Assembly (NCBI GenBank): GCA_038324015.1
Contig: JBBQHN010000001.1
Coordinates: forward strand, 1 to 59,798
Origin: Candidatus Limnocylindria bacterium
GTDB lineage: Bacteria; Chloroflexota; Limnocylindria; P2-11E
DNA: 59,798 nucleotides
Direction: 5' to 3'
The translations under genes and the position numbers were made by a program. Below are positions 36,660 through 45,983 of the stretch, piece after piece. Each line of letters opens with the position of its first letter. Position 1 is the stretch's first letter. The notes below the pieces were generated by a model that had not been told where the DNA came from, did no database searches, and was given only the letters and a program-made list of their open reading frames with translations.

Positions 36660-37169
36660 GTGCGGGAACATGTTGCTGATACAACTTATTCCTCCCTCTC
36701 GGAGAAGCAAGACCGGGGCCGTCGGGCCTCCGATCGGGAGCTCGGGGCCTGGCGCGCGTTCCTGCGCGCCGGCTCGGCGTCGGCGGCCGCAATGGAGGCA
36801 GCCCTGGCCGCGACGGGGGTCTCCCACTCCGAGTACGACGTCCTGGTGAACGTCGCCCGCGGGCCCCGCGACGGCATCCGGCCGACCGACCTTGCCGAAC
36901 GCGTCCTCCTCACGAAGAGCGGCCTCACCCGCCTGATCGACCGGCTCGTCGAGCGGGGCTACATCGAGCGGCACGCCTGCGAGACGGACCGGCGCGGCCA
37001 GCTGATCGTGCTGACCCCCGAGGGACGCCACGCGTTCAAGCGCGCGACGCCCAACGTCGTCCGCGCCATCGGCACCATCCTCGGTGAGAAGTTCAACGAC
37101 CAGGAGATCGACGCGCTCCGCATCGCGTGCGATCGCATCGCGACGGCGGCCGAGGCGATGACCACCTAG
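36660..37169 (+). CDS. MarR family transcriptional regulator
   Basis: ...GVSHSEYDVLVNVARG...IRPTDLAERVLLTKSGLTRLIDRLVERGYIER...DRRGQLIVLTPEG (winged HTH). The start is uncertain (GTG 36660 or TTG 36624). Divergent from yceI. Confidence 0.75.
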   Translation: MREHVADTTYSSLSEKQDRGRRASDRELGAWRAFLRAGSASAAAMEAALAATGVSHSEYDVLVNVARGPRDGIRPTDLAERVLLTKSGLTRLIDRLVERGYIERHACETDRRGQLIVLTPEGRHAFKRATPNVVRAIGTILGEKFNDQEIDALRIACDRIATAAEAMTT

Positions 37170-37178
37170 GCTCGACGG

Positions 37179-38657
37179 GTGGGAGCGAGGCTGTCCTCGG
37201 GCGCACTGGTCTGGGCAGGATTCGATGGTCCCGCGGTCCCCGGGGAGCTTCTCGACGCGATCGGGCGCGGCCAGATCGGTGGGCTCGTGCTCTTCGCCTA
37301 CCGCGGCAACGTCAGCTCACGCCAGCAGGTCCGCGCGATGCTCCGTGACTGCGCGGATGCGGCGCGGCGCGGCGGGCGTCCGCCGGTCCCGGTCGGCGTG
37401 GACCAGGAGGGCGGCAGCGTCGTCCGGATCGGCTACGGCGCGGTGTTCCCGAGCGCGATGGCCATCGGCGCGACCGGAGATCCGGCCAACGCCGAGCGCG
37501 CCGCGCGCGCGGTCGCGCATGGATTGCGCGCGGACGGCATCGGGGTGAATCACGCGCCGGTCTGCGACATCAACGTCGAGCCGCGCAATCCGGTCATCGG
37601 GACACGATCCTTCGGCGACGACCCGCAGCAGGTCGCGCTCTTCGTGGCCGCGTGGGTCCGCGGGTCGGAAGGTGCCGGCGTCGCGACTTCGGCGAAGCAC
37701 TTCCCTGGACACGGTGCCACGTCGTATGACACCCACCACACGACCGTGGACGTGGGCGCCGATCGCCGCGCACTGGACGCGCGCGAGCTTGTCCCGTTCC
37801 GTGCGGCAATTGGAGCCGGCGCGGCGAGCGTCATGTCAGCGCACATCCGCTACCCGGCTCTCGACCTGGACAGCATCGCGACGCTCTCGCCGCGGATCGT
37901 CCGCGACCTCCTGCGCGGCGAGCTCGGATTCAGCGGGCTCGCCATCACCGATGCGCTCGACATGTCCGGGCTCACGCAGGTCGAGACACCCGAGCGCGTC
38001 CTTGCGCGCGCGGTGAATGCCGGCATCGATGCGGTCATGCTGACGACGGGCCTGGAGCGACAGCTCGATGCGCAGGAGCAGCTCGCCCTCGGCGTCCCGC
38101 CGGCGCGCCTCTCCGAAGCGATCGGCCGCGCGGCCGCGTTCCGGGATCGCTACGGCGTCGCGGTCCCGGAGGATGAGTTCGACGACGGGCCGGGTCGCGC
38201 GCTGGCGCTCCAGATCGCGCGCGCCTCGATCACCGCCGCCGGACCGGCGCTGCCGCCACTGGGCGGACCGCTGCGGGTCGTGACCTTCGCGGCCCAACGG
38301 CTCTCGCCGGTGGAGGAGCTCGCGGACCCGGAGGCCCGCCTCGAACGCCTGCTCCGCGAGCGGCTCGGCCCGCGTGTCGCGTTCTCGGCCGACGGCTCCG
38401 CGCCGCAGGGCGACGGGCCGCTCGTCGTGTGCACCTCCAGCGCCTCCTTCGATGCGGCCCAGGCCGACCGCGCGCGATCCCTCCTGCGCGAGGGCGGCGT
38501 CCTATGTGCGCTGCGCAGCCCATACGACGCGATGCTCGTGCCCTCCGTGCCGGCGCTCCTCACGTACGGCGACGTCCCGGTATCGCTCGAGGCGCTCGCC
38601 GATGTCCTCTGTGGGCGCGCCGAGGCCCGGGGCAGGCTACCGGTCCGCCTCGCGTGA
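37179..38657 (+). CDS. glycoside hydrolase family 3 (NagZ-like beta-N-acetylhexosaminidase), cytoplasmic
   Basis: ...VDQEGGSVVR...KHFPGHGATSYDTHH...MSAHIRYPALD... GH3 catalytic-domain motifs with no signal peptide. Confidence 0.8.
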   Translation: MGARLSSGALVWAGFDGPAVPGELLDAIGRGQIGGLVLFAYRGNVSSRQQVRAMLRDCADAARRGGRPPVPVGVDQEGGSVVRIGYGAVFPSAMAIGATGDPANAERAARAVAHGLRADGIGVNHAPVCDINVEPRNPVIGTRSFGDDPQQVALFVAAWVRGSEGAGVATSAKHFPGHGATSYDTHHTTVDVGADRRALDARELVPFRAAIGAGAASVMSAHIRYPALDLDSIATLSPRIVRDLLRGELGFSGLAITDALDMSGLTQVETPERVLARAVNAGIDAVMLTTGLERQLDAQEQLALGVPPARLSEAIGRAAAFRDRYGVAVPEDEFDDGPGRALALQIARASITAAGPALPPLGGPLRVVTFAAQRLSPVEELADPEARLERLLRERLGPRVAFSADGSAPQGDGPLVVCTSSASFDAAQADRARSLLREGGVLCALRSPYDAMLVPSVPALLTYGDVPVSLEALADVLCGRAEARGRLPVRLA

Positions 38658-40348
38658 ACCGGCGCCGGCTTCTCCTGTCGGCAGCCGGGACCGCGCTTGC
38701 GGCGTGCGCACCGGACCGTACCGCGCCGCTCCGCACCCTCAACGCCTCGCGGGTCGACACCCTCGTCGCATCGATGTCGCCTGCCGCGCGGGCCGGCCAG
38801 ATGATGAGCGTCGCATTCCACGGAACCAAGATCACGCCTGCGCTCGAGGCGATGATCCGAGGCCGCGGTGTCGGCGGGGTCATTCTGTATTCGGAGAACT
38901 TCGACGGCGACGCCGCCAAGCTCAAGACGCTCGTCTCCGACCTCTCGCGTATCGCGGCCGCAGCGAAGTCCGTACCGCTCTTCTTCTCCATCGACCAGGA
39001 GGGCGGCGCAGTCGTGCGCATCAGCAGGGGCGCCACGATGCTGCCGGGCAACATGGCCCTCGCCGCTACGCCGGATCCGGCGGACAGTGTGCGGAAGGCC
39101 GCGGCGATCACAGCGCGGGATCTCCGCGCGCTCGGCGTGAACTTCGAGCTCGCACCTGACGCCGACGTGAACAACGAGCCGCGCAATCCGATCATCCTCA
39201 ACCGCTCGTTCGGGTCGGATCCACAACGCGTCGCCGCGCTCGTCGGCATCGCGACGCAGACGTTCACCGGCGCCAAGCTGCTCTCGTGCGTCAAGCACTT
39301 CCCCGGTCACGGTGCGACGACGACCGACTCGCACACCGGCTTGCCGCTTCTCGACGTGACGCGCGCGAGACTCGATGCCGTGGAGCTCGTTCCATTCAAA
39401 GCGGCGATCGCCGCGGGGACGCCCGCGATCATGAGCGCACACATCCGGATCGGGGCACTCGACCCGGCGCCGGACCTGCCGGTGACGCTGTCACGGCGCG
39501 TGATGACCGATCTCGTCCGTACCGAGCTCGGCTTCACCGGTCTGCTCGTGACCGACGACCTCGAGATGGGCGCGCTGACCCAGACGCGCAGCGAGGCCCA
39601 GGCTGGCTACGACGCGTTCGTCGCGGGCGCGGACTTCCTGCTGTTCCGCTTCGACGAGTCGGCGCAGACCGACGCGCACGATCGGCTGACCCGGGGCATA
39701 ACGGCCGACGCCGCGCTGCTCGCGCGGTCGGGCGAGTCGGTCGCGCGCATCGTCACGCTCAAGGAGCGGTTCGGCATCCTCGACACAGCCGGACCGTCGG
39801 GCACCGCGGGCAGCGACGCGGACCGCGCGACGGCCGACGAGCTCGCGCGCCTCTCGATCACGGTGCTCCGCGCCGGCGGCCTGCCCCTTCGCGGCCGCGT
39901 CTTCGTCGCGTCGCCGCAGAACCCCGACATCGCGCTGGTGACCGAGCAGCCGACGCTCGGTGCGGTGCTCGCGCAGCGCCTGCCGAACGTCACCACGCAG
40001 ACGATCACGCTCGCGCCGACGCAGGCGGACATCGACCGCGCCGTCGCGAGCGCGCGCGCCGCCGACGTCGTCGTGCTCGGGTCGGCGGACCTCTTCTCGT
40101 ACCCGCAGCAGGCCGCGCTCGCCAAGGCGCTCCAGGCCGTGAGACCGACAGTGCTCGTGTCGCTTCGCTCGCCGTACGACATCCTGAGCGCGCCGGGCGT
40201 CAGCGGCTACGTCTGCGCGTACACGGGCCGCGAGCCGACCCTTCGCGCGGTCGCTGATGTCCTCTCTGGAGCGCGGGCGCCGTCGGGCACGCTGCCGGTC
40301 GAGGTGCCGGGTGTCTACCGTATCGGCGACGGGATGAAGAACCTCTGA
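38654..40348 (+). CDS. glycoside hydrolase family 3, exported lipoprotein
   Basis: GTG 38654 (GTGA overlap). VNRRRLLLSAAGTALAAC is a twin-Arg-like signal plus lipobox. ...IDQEGGAVVR...KHFPGHGATTTDSHT...MSAHIRIGALD... Confidence 0.8.
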   Translation: MNRRRLLLSAAGTALAACAPDRTAPLRTLNASRVDTLVASMSPAARAGQMMSVAFHGTKITPALEAMIRGRGVGGVILYSENFDGDAAKLKTLVSDLSRIAAAAKSVPLFFSIDQEGGAVVRISRGATMLPGNMALAATPDPADSVRKAAAITARDLRALGVNFELAPDADVNNEPRNPIILNRSFGSDPQRVAALVGIATQTFTGAKLLSCVKHFPGHGATTTDSHTGLPLLDVTRARLDAVELVPFKAAIAAGTPAIMSAHIRIGALDPAPDLPVTLSRRVMTDLVRTELGFTGLLVTDDLEMGALTQTRSEAQAGYDAFVAGADFLLFRFDESAQTDAHDRLTRGITADAALLARSGESVARIVTLKERFGILDTAGPSGTAGSDADRATADELARLSITVLRAGGLPLRGRVFVASPQNPDIALVTEQPTLGAVLAQRLPNVTTQTITLAPTQADIDRAVASARAADVVVLGSADLFSYPQQAALAKALQAVRPTVLVSLRSPYDILSAPGVSGYVCAYTGREPTLRAVADVLSGARAPSGTLPVEVPGVYRIGDGMKNL

Positions 40349-41373
40349 GCCTCGACACGGTCAGGGCGGTCGTCGACGCGGCCGCGGGCACGCTCTTCAC
40401 CGCGTGCGTCGTACGCGTCGAGCGGAACGGCGCGGCGGATACGTACGCCGCCGGGACCCTCTGCCCGGATCAGACCGCTGGTCCCGACGCGCCGTGCACG
40501 CCGGCCGCGATCTTCGATCTCGCCTCGCTGACGAAGCTTTCGACGACGGCGCTGCTGCTATCGCTGGTTCGCGAGCGCGCGCTCAAGCTCGAAACACCGC
40601 TCCGCGAGCTCGTCCCCGATTTCCACGGCGGGCGCAAGGACGACGTCACGCTCTTCCACGTCCTGACCCACACCGCAGGTCTGAGCTGGTGGCTCCCCCT
40701 CTACGAAGAGGTCCGCTCGATCGAGGAGGCCGCGTGGCGCGCGGCACAGGAGCCGCTCGCCCAGGACCTCGGCACGTACACGTACAGCGACCTTGGCTTC
40801 ATCATGCTGACCGCCGGACTCGCCCTGGCCGGCGGCGCCTCGTTCGACGCGCTCGTGAAGGAGCGCGTGACCGGCCCGCTCGAGGCGGAAACGCTCACCT
40901 ACCTTCCGCGCGACCCGCTCGCCTGCGTCGCCACGGAGCTCGACGTGAAGCTCGGCCGCGGACGCATCCGCGGGAGCGTGCACGATGAGAATGCCCACGC
41001 GATGGGCGGGATCGCCGGCCACGCCGGTCTCTTCGGCACGGCGTCCGACGTCGCGGCGATCGCGCGCGTGTACCGCGACGGTGCGGGCATCGGGAACGAG
41101 CTCGCCGCGCTCGCGCGCGCGGAGCACGTGCGCGGCGACAACGTTCGGCGCGGACTCGGGCTGGCACTGCGCGCGCCGAACGGACCGATGACGAGCGACG
41201 TCTGGAGCCTCGATAGCTACGGTCACACCGGTTTCACGGGCACGTCGCTGTGGATCGATCCGACCAGGGACCTCACCGTCGCGCTCCTGACGAACCGGGT
41301 GTACTTCGGCCGCGCGAACGACGACGCGATGTACCGGTTCCGCATCGCGATCCACCAGGCGGCCGCTTCGTGA
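40345..41373 (+). CDS. beta-lactamase-fold serine hydrolase (class C / DD-peptidase-like)
   Basis: The frame is open from 40258. It encodes ...AAIFDLASLTKLSTTALLL (SxxK at 40525-40536), YSD (YxN-type), and ...GHTGFTGTSLWIDP (HxG/KTG-type). The track ORF begins only at ATG 40804, because no ATG/GTG/TTG occurs in frame before it. Candidate start is CTG 40345, overlapping the GH3 TGA (CTGA). Confidence 0.75.
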   Translation: MSLDTVRAVVDAAAGTLFTACVVRVERNGAADTYAAGTLCPDQTAGPDAPCTPAAIFDLASLTKLSTTALLLSLVRERALKLETPLRELVPDFHGGRKDDVTLFHVLTHTAGLSWWLPLYEEVRSIEEAAWRAAQEPLAQDLGTYTYSDLGFIMLTAGLALAGGASFDALVKERVTGPLEAETLTYLPRDPLACVATELDVKLGRGRIRGSVHDENAHAMGGIAGHAGLFGTASDVAAIARVYRDGAGIGNELAALARAEHVRGDNVRRGLGLALRAPNGPMTSDVWSLDSYGHTGFTGTSLWIDPTRDLTVALLTNRVYFGRANDDAMYRFRIAIHQAAAS

Positions 41374-42461
41374 TCGCGATCGGCATCATGTCCGGCACCT
41401 CCGCCGACGGCATGGACGCCGCGGCGATCGAGATCGGTGACCAGCGGCCCCGGCCGGCGATCCGGCTGCTCGCGCATGTCGCGCGCGATCATCCCGACGC
41501 GCTGCGCTACCGGATCATCGCCGCGGCCTCCGGCGCTCCGCTACCGGCGCATGACATCGCGACGCTCCACGCCGCGCTCGGCGAGGTATACGCCTCCATC
41601 GCGCGTGAGCTCATCGCCGTGATCGGGCGTGCGCCGGCTGCCATCGCGGTCCACGGCCAGACCATCGCGCACTTCCCTGCCGAGCATGCGACGCTGCAGA
41701 TCGGCGACGCCTCGCGCGTCGCCCTGGAGACAGGCGTGCCGGCGATCAATGATTTCCGCAGCGCCGACGTCGCGCTCGGCGGCCAGGGAGCGCCGCTCGT
41801 CCCGTTCGCCGACCACCTCCTCTTCGCCGACGGCACGCCGCGCGCGATCCTCAACATCGGCGGCATCGCGAATGTCACGCTGCTGCCGACGGCCGCAGCC
41901 TCGGACGTCGTCGCGTTCGACACGGGGCCCGGGAACATGGTCATCGACCAGCTCGCGCGCAAAGGCGGTAACGAGCTCGATCGCGACGGCGCGGCCGCGA
42001 GGCGCGGCACGCCGAACGCCGCGGTGCTCGCGAGCGCGCTGGGTCATCCGTACTTCGCGCGGACCGGTCCAAAGTCGACAGGGCGCGAGGAGTTCGGCGC
42101 GCCATTCGCGCAGCAGCTCCACGCCGACGTGAAGGCCGCGGGCGGATCGCTCGACGACGCGATCGCCACGGCGACCGCGCTCACGGTCGAATCCATCGCG
42201 CGCGCGCTCGACGGAGGGCCGTGGCGCGAACTCGTGATCGCCGGTGGCGGCGCACGCAATGTGACGCTCGTCGAGCGCCTCGCCGCCCGCACGAAGCTCC
42301 GCATCCGCTTGACCGACGAGCTCGGGATCCCGGCCGAGGCACGCGAGGCAGTCGCGTTCGCGATCCTCGGCGCCTACCGCCTCCGCGGCGAGCCGAACAC
42401 CCTGCCGCGGTGCACTGGTGCGTCGCGCGCGGTCTCCGCCGGAGCCGTCCACGCCCCCTAG
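41370..42461 (+). CDS. anmK: anhydro-N-acetylmuramic acid kinase
   Basis: VIAIGIMSGTSADGMDAAAIE...NIGGIANVT...DTGPGNMVID...GGGARN are AnmK signatures. GTGA overlap with the preceding stop. Confidence 0.9.
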   Translation: MIAIGIMSGTSADGMDAAAIEIGDQRPRPAIRLLAHVARDHPDALRYRIIAAASGAPLPAHDIATLHAALGEVYASIARELIAVIGRAPAAIAVHGQTIAHFPAEHATLQIGDASRVALETGVPAINDFRSADVALGGQGAPLVPFADHLLFADGTPRAILNIGGIANVTLLPTAAASDVVAFDTGPGNMVIDQLARKGGNELDRDGAAARRGTPNAAVLASALGHPYFARTGPKSTGREEFGAPFAQQLHADVKAAGGSLDDAIATATALTVESIARALDGGPWRELVIAGGGARNVTLVERLAARTKLRIRLTDELGIPAEAREAVAFAILGAYRLRGEPNTLPRCTGASRAVSAGAVHAP

Positions 42462-42479
42462 CCGTCCATACTTCGCGGC

Positions 42480-43388
42480 ATGAAGGATCTCGTCGTCGGC
42501 ATCGACGCAGGCGGCACGAAGACGCGCGCCTTCGCCGTGACGCGGACCGGCGAGATCGTCGGTCGCGGCGCGGGCGGCGGCGGCAACCTGTTGTCGAGCC
42601 CGGACCCGCAGGGTTCGATCGCCGCGGCGCTCCAGGAAGCGCTCGCGGGACGCGAGCCCGACGCGATCGTCCTGTCCTGCTCCGGTGGCGAACGAGAGGC
42701 GGACCGCGCGAAGGGCCGCTCGATCCTCGCCGGGCTCGTTGGGCCAGAGGTCGCGGTGGACGTCACCCACGACGCGCTCGCCGCGCTCTACGCAGGCAAC
42801 CCGGCCGGATGCGGCGTGGTGCTCATCTCCGGCACCGGGTCCATCGCCTACGGACGCAACGACCAGGGCCTGGAAGACCGCTGCGGTGGGTGGGGCTACC
42901 TCGTCGGTGACGAGGGCTCCGCGTTCTGGCTCGGTGCCGAGGGCCTTCGCGCCGCCTCGTACGACCACGACGGCCGGGGCTCGCCGACGCGCATCACCCG
43001 CCACCTGTTCCTGGATCTGGGCGCCGCGGACTTCAATGGCGTGCTGCCGCTGCTCTACGGAAAGCCGCACCCGCCACCTGCGATCCAGGCCGCCACGCGC
43101 GCGGTCGCCCGCGCCTACGCCGAGGACGACGCGATCGCGGTGAACATCGTCCAGCGCGGTGCGCGGCACCTCGCGGAGATGGCCGCCACCGTCGCCCACG
43201 CGCTGCTGCTCGAGAACGGGCCGGTGTACCTCGCCGGCGGCGCATTCGAGAACGTCCGTCCGCTCGAGAAGGCGGTGCGGCTCGAGCTCCTCGGCGTCCT
43301 CCCGCGCGCCGCGGTCGAGCCTGTCGGCGAGGAGCCGGCGATGGGTGCCGCGCGCCTCGCGATGAAGCTCGCCTGGGGAGACAAGTGA
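42480..43388 (+). CDS. BadF/BadG/BcrA/BcrD-type ATPase, N-acetylglucosamine/MurNAc kinase-like
   Basis: MKDLVVGIDAGGTKTRAF...ISGTGSIAYG...GGWGYLVGDEGSAFW... ASKHA-fold sugar kinase motifs. Confidence 0.75.
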   Translation: MKDLVVGIDAGGTKTRAFAVTRTGEIVGRGAGGGGNLLSSPDPQGSIAAALQEALAGREPDAIVLSCSGGEREADRAKGRSILAGLVGPEVAVDVTHDALAALYAGNPAGCGVVLISGTGSIAYGRNDQGLEDRCGGWGYLVGDEGSAFWLGAEGLRAASYDHDGRGSPTRITRHLFLDLGAADFNGVLPLLYGKPHPPPAIQAATRAVARAYAEDDAIAVNIVQRGARHLAEMAATVAHALLLENGPVYLAGGAFENVRPLEKAVRLELLGVLPRAAVEPVGEEPAMGAARLAMKLAWGDK

Positions 43389-44206
43389 CCGGCGTGCCGC
43401 GCACCGAGACGCGCAACCCGAAGGCCTCGACGCTCGCGACGATGTCGAGCCGCCAGATCCTTGAGCTCATGAACGACGAGGATGCGACGGTCGCGGCCGC
43501 GGTCCGGGCGGCGCTCCCCGCGATCGAGCGCGCGACCGACGCGATCGCCGCCGCATTCGCGCGTGGCGGCCGGCTGCGCTACGTCGGCGCCGGGACCAGC
43601 GGCCGGCTCGGCGTGCTCGACGCGAGCGAGGCCCCACCGACGTTCGGGGTCGAGCCCGAGCTCGTCCAAGGGATCATCGCGGGCGGCGACGGAGCGCTGC
43701 GCACCGCCGTCGAGGGCGCGGAGGACGATCCACTGTCCGGCGAGCGCGACACCGTCCGTGTGACCAGACCAGGTGACGTCGTCGTCGGCATCTCCGCCGG
43801 CGGATCGGCGCGCTACGTGGTCGCGGCGGTGCGCGCCGCGGCTGCCCTTGGCGCGACGACCGCGGGTATCACGTGCGTCGCCGGATCGCCGCTCGTGACC
43901 GTCGCCCTGATCCCGATCGTCGTCGATGTCGGTCCCGAGGTGCTCGCCGGATCGAGCCGGCTCAAGGCCGGCACCGCGACCAAGCTGGTGCTCAACATGC
44001 TGTCGACCGCGGCGATGATCCGGTCCGGCCGCACGAAGGGCGATCTGATGATCGACCTTCGGCCGACGAACGCGAAGCTCCGCGCACGCGCGGTCCGCAT
44101 GGTCCAGGACGAGCTCGGAGTCGACGAGCACGCCGCGACCGCGAAGCTCAAGGCGGCTCAGTGGAGCGTCAGGCGCGCGATCGAACGCCCGCGCTCGCGC
44201 GGATGA
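43385..44206 (+). CDS. murQ: N-acetylmuramic acid 6-phosphate etherase
   Basis: ...TETRNP.S..L...S...IL.LMN.ED...GGRLRYVGAGTSGRLGVLDASE.PPTFG... is the MurQ SIS-domain signature. GTGA overlap. Confidence 0.9.
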   Translation: MTGVPRTETRNPKASTLATMSSRQILELMNDEDATVAAAVRAALPAIERATDAIAAAFARGGRLRYVGAGTSGRLGVLDASEAPPTFGVEPELVQGIIAGGDGALRTAVEGAEDDPLSGERDTVRVTRPGDVVVGISAGGSARYVVAAVRAAAALGATTAGITCVAGSPLVTVALIPIVVDVGPEVLAGSSRLKAGTATKLVLNMLSTAAMIRSGRTKGDLMIDLRPTNAKLRARAVRMVQDELGVDEHAATAKLKAAQWSVRRAIERPRSRG

Positions 44207-44973
44207 AGCGGGCACTGCTCATCGTCAACGCCGATGACTTCGGTCGCGCACCGGGTATCAACGCCGGCATCCTGCGCGCCCACCGCGACGGCATCGTCAC
44301 CGCGACGACGCTCATGGTCGGCGCGCCCGCGGCCGAGGATGCTGCACGCATCGCGCGTGCGACCCCTTCGCTCGATGTCGGCGTCCACCTGACCCTGACC
44401 TACGCGCGACCGGTCACCGACCCGAAGCGCATCCCCTCCCTCGTTGAGCCCGATGGCTCGTTCCCACGACTGCCCGCCGCGTTCCTTGGGACGGGCCGCG
44501 CGAAGCGCGACGAGGCGCTCATCGAATACCGCGCCCAACACACCCGCGCAATCGAGTTGACCGGTCACGCGCCGACGCATCTCGACACGCATCACTGGCT
44601 CCACGACGAGCCTGACCTCGAGTGGGCGATCGCGGCGCTCGCGCGCGACACCGGCGCCGCTGTGCGGCCACACGACGATGCGCAGCGCGATCGGCTTCGC
44701 GCGGCGGGCGTGAAGACCGTCGACCAGTACCGCCGCGATTTCCAGCATGACGGGCACGTCGACGTCGCGACGCTCGAGCGCATCCTGGCCGACATCGGCG
44801 ACGGGGTGACCGAGCTCGGTTGTCACCCCGGCGAGCTGGACGCGGAGCTCGAGCGCACGTCCACATACGCGGCGTTGCGCGTGACGGAGCTCGCGACCCT
44901 CACCGATCCGACTGTCCGCGCGGCCGTCGAGCGGAACGGCATCCGGCTCGCGACGTATCGGGATCTCGCCTGA
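44203..44973 (+). CDS. YdjC/ChbG family carbohydrate deacetylase
   Basis: MKRALLIVNADDFGRAPGINAGILRAHRDGIVTATTLMV...GVHLTL...HLDTHHW... YdjC motifs. ATGA overlap. Confidence 0.8.
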   Translation: MKRALLIVNADDFGRAPGINAGILRAHRDGIVTATTLMVGAPAAEDAARIARATPSLDVGVHLTLTYARPVTDPKRIPSLVEPDGSFPRLPAAFLGTGRAKRDEALIEYRAQHTRAIELTGHAPTHLDTHHWLHDEPDLEWAIAALARDTGAAVRPHDDAQRDRLRAAGVKTVDQYRRDFQHDGHVDVATLERILADIGDGVTELGCHPGELDAELERTSTYAALRVTELATLTDPTVRAAVERNGIRLATYRDLA

Positions 44974-45911
44974 TGCTGACGAAGGCCCTCTGGGTGGTGC
45001 GCGACCGCATCACGACGCGCGAGGCGATCGAGGACCTGCTCGCGTACAGCGTCGGCTGGAACATCCGCGACCTCGTCGTGCAGGTGCGCGGCCGCGGCGA
45101 CTCCTATTACGCGAGCGAGCTCGAGCCACGCGCCGAGGGCCTCGCCGATCCAACGCTCGATCCGCTCGCGCACCTCGTGCGCGGCGGCGCGGTCGTGGGC
45201 GTGCGGATCCACGCCTGGGCGAACGGCACGTTCGTCTGGTCGAGTCCGGACAAGGCGCTGCCACGCTCTCGTCGCCACATCGTGAACGCGCATCCGGACT
45301 GGCTGCTCCGGCCGGACGGCGTGACGTACCTCGATCCCGCGGGCGGCTCGGACTGGGAGGGTATCTACATCGACCCAACGAACGCCGCGGCGCGGGACCA
45401 CACGACCCTGGTGTTCGAGGACATCGTGAAGCGCTATCCGGTCGAGGGCTTCCATCACGACTACATCCGCTACCCGCAGGTGACGTACGCGGCGTCGCCC
45501 GGCGATCACGCCGCGATCACAGAGCTCGTGCGCGAAACGACGCGTCGGGTGCGCGCCGCGCGGCCCGGCATCGTGATCTCAGCCGCGGTCTTCCCCGATC
45601 CGCTGGTGGCCCGGGACCGCGTGCTCCAGCGCTGGCCGGAATGGGCGGCGGAACGGCTGATCGACCTCGTCTGCCCGATGGCGTACCGGACCGATACCGC
45701 GGAGGTGCGCCGGCTCCTCGGCGCCGCACGCGCGGCCGCGCCGGCGACCCCGATGTGGGGTGGGTTGATGGCGTACGCCGGGAAACGCGAGCTGGTGCGC
45801 GAGCAGGTCCGCGTGGCGCGGGACGCCGGCTGTGCAGGGGTCATTCTGTTCGCCTACGACCCGGACAAGCGCGACGTGATCGACGCCTTTGCGGCGGAAG
45901 CGGATCGGTAA
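44973..45911 (+). CDS. glycoside-hydrolase-like family 10 (DUF187/YngK-like) protein, no signal peptide
   Basis: ...ALWVVRD...NIRDLVVQVRGRGDSYYAS...HAW.N...HPDW...YIDP...GFHHDYIRYP... as I recall for GHL10. TGATG overlap. Confidence 0.6.
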   Translation: MLTKALWVVRDRITTREAIEDLLAYSVGWNIRDLVVQVRGRGDSYYASELEPRAEGLADPTLDPLAHLVRGGAVVGVRIHAWANGTFVWSSPDKALPRSRRHIVNAHPDWLLRPDGVTYLDPAGGSDWEGIYIDPTNAAARDHTTLVFEDIVKRYPVEGFHHDYIRYPQVTYAASPGDHAAITELVRETTRRVRAARPGIVISAAVFPDPLVARDRVLQRWPEWAAERLIDLVCPMAYRTDTAEVRRLLGAARAAAPATPMWGGLMAYAGKRELVREQVRVARDAGCAGVILFAYDPDKRDVIDAFAAEADR

Positions 45912-45983
45912 CGACTGCGAAGGTCGTCCACAGTACGTTCGTCCTATGTACGCAGCGAATCCTCTGGCCGATACCATCTACGG

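Noticed and set aside
40340-40350. Programmed -1 frameshift fusing the GH3 lipoprotein to the serine hydrolase
   Set aside because: The junction AAC CTC TGA has no X XXY YYZ slippery heptamer, and I see no obvious downstream stimulatory structure. Reinitiation at CTG explains the data more simply. It remains a formal alternative.
41541-43199. 552-aa minus-strand ORF opposite anmK and the sugar kinase
   Set aside because: It has shadow composition, and both plus-strand genes have strong signatures. The same reasoning applies to 14616..15860, 18526..19935, 19854..21338, 38150..39442, 49551..50726, 49907..51148 and 50827..52101.
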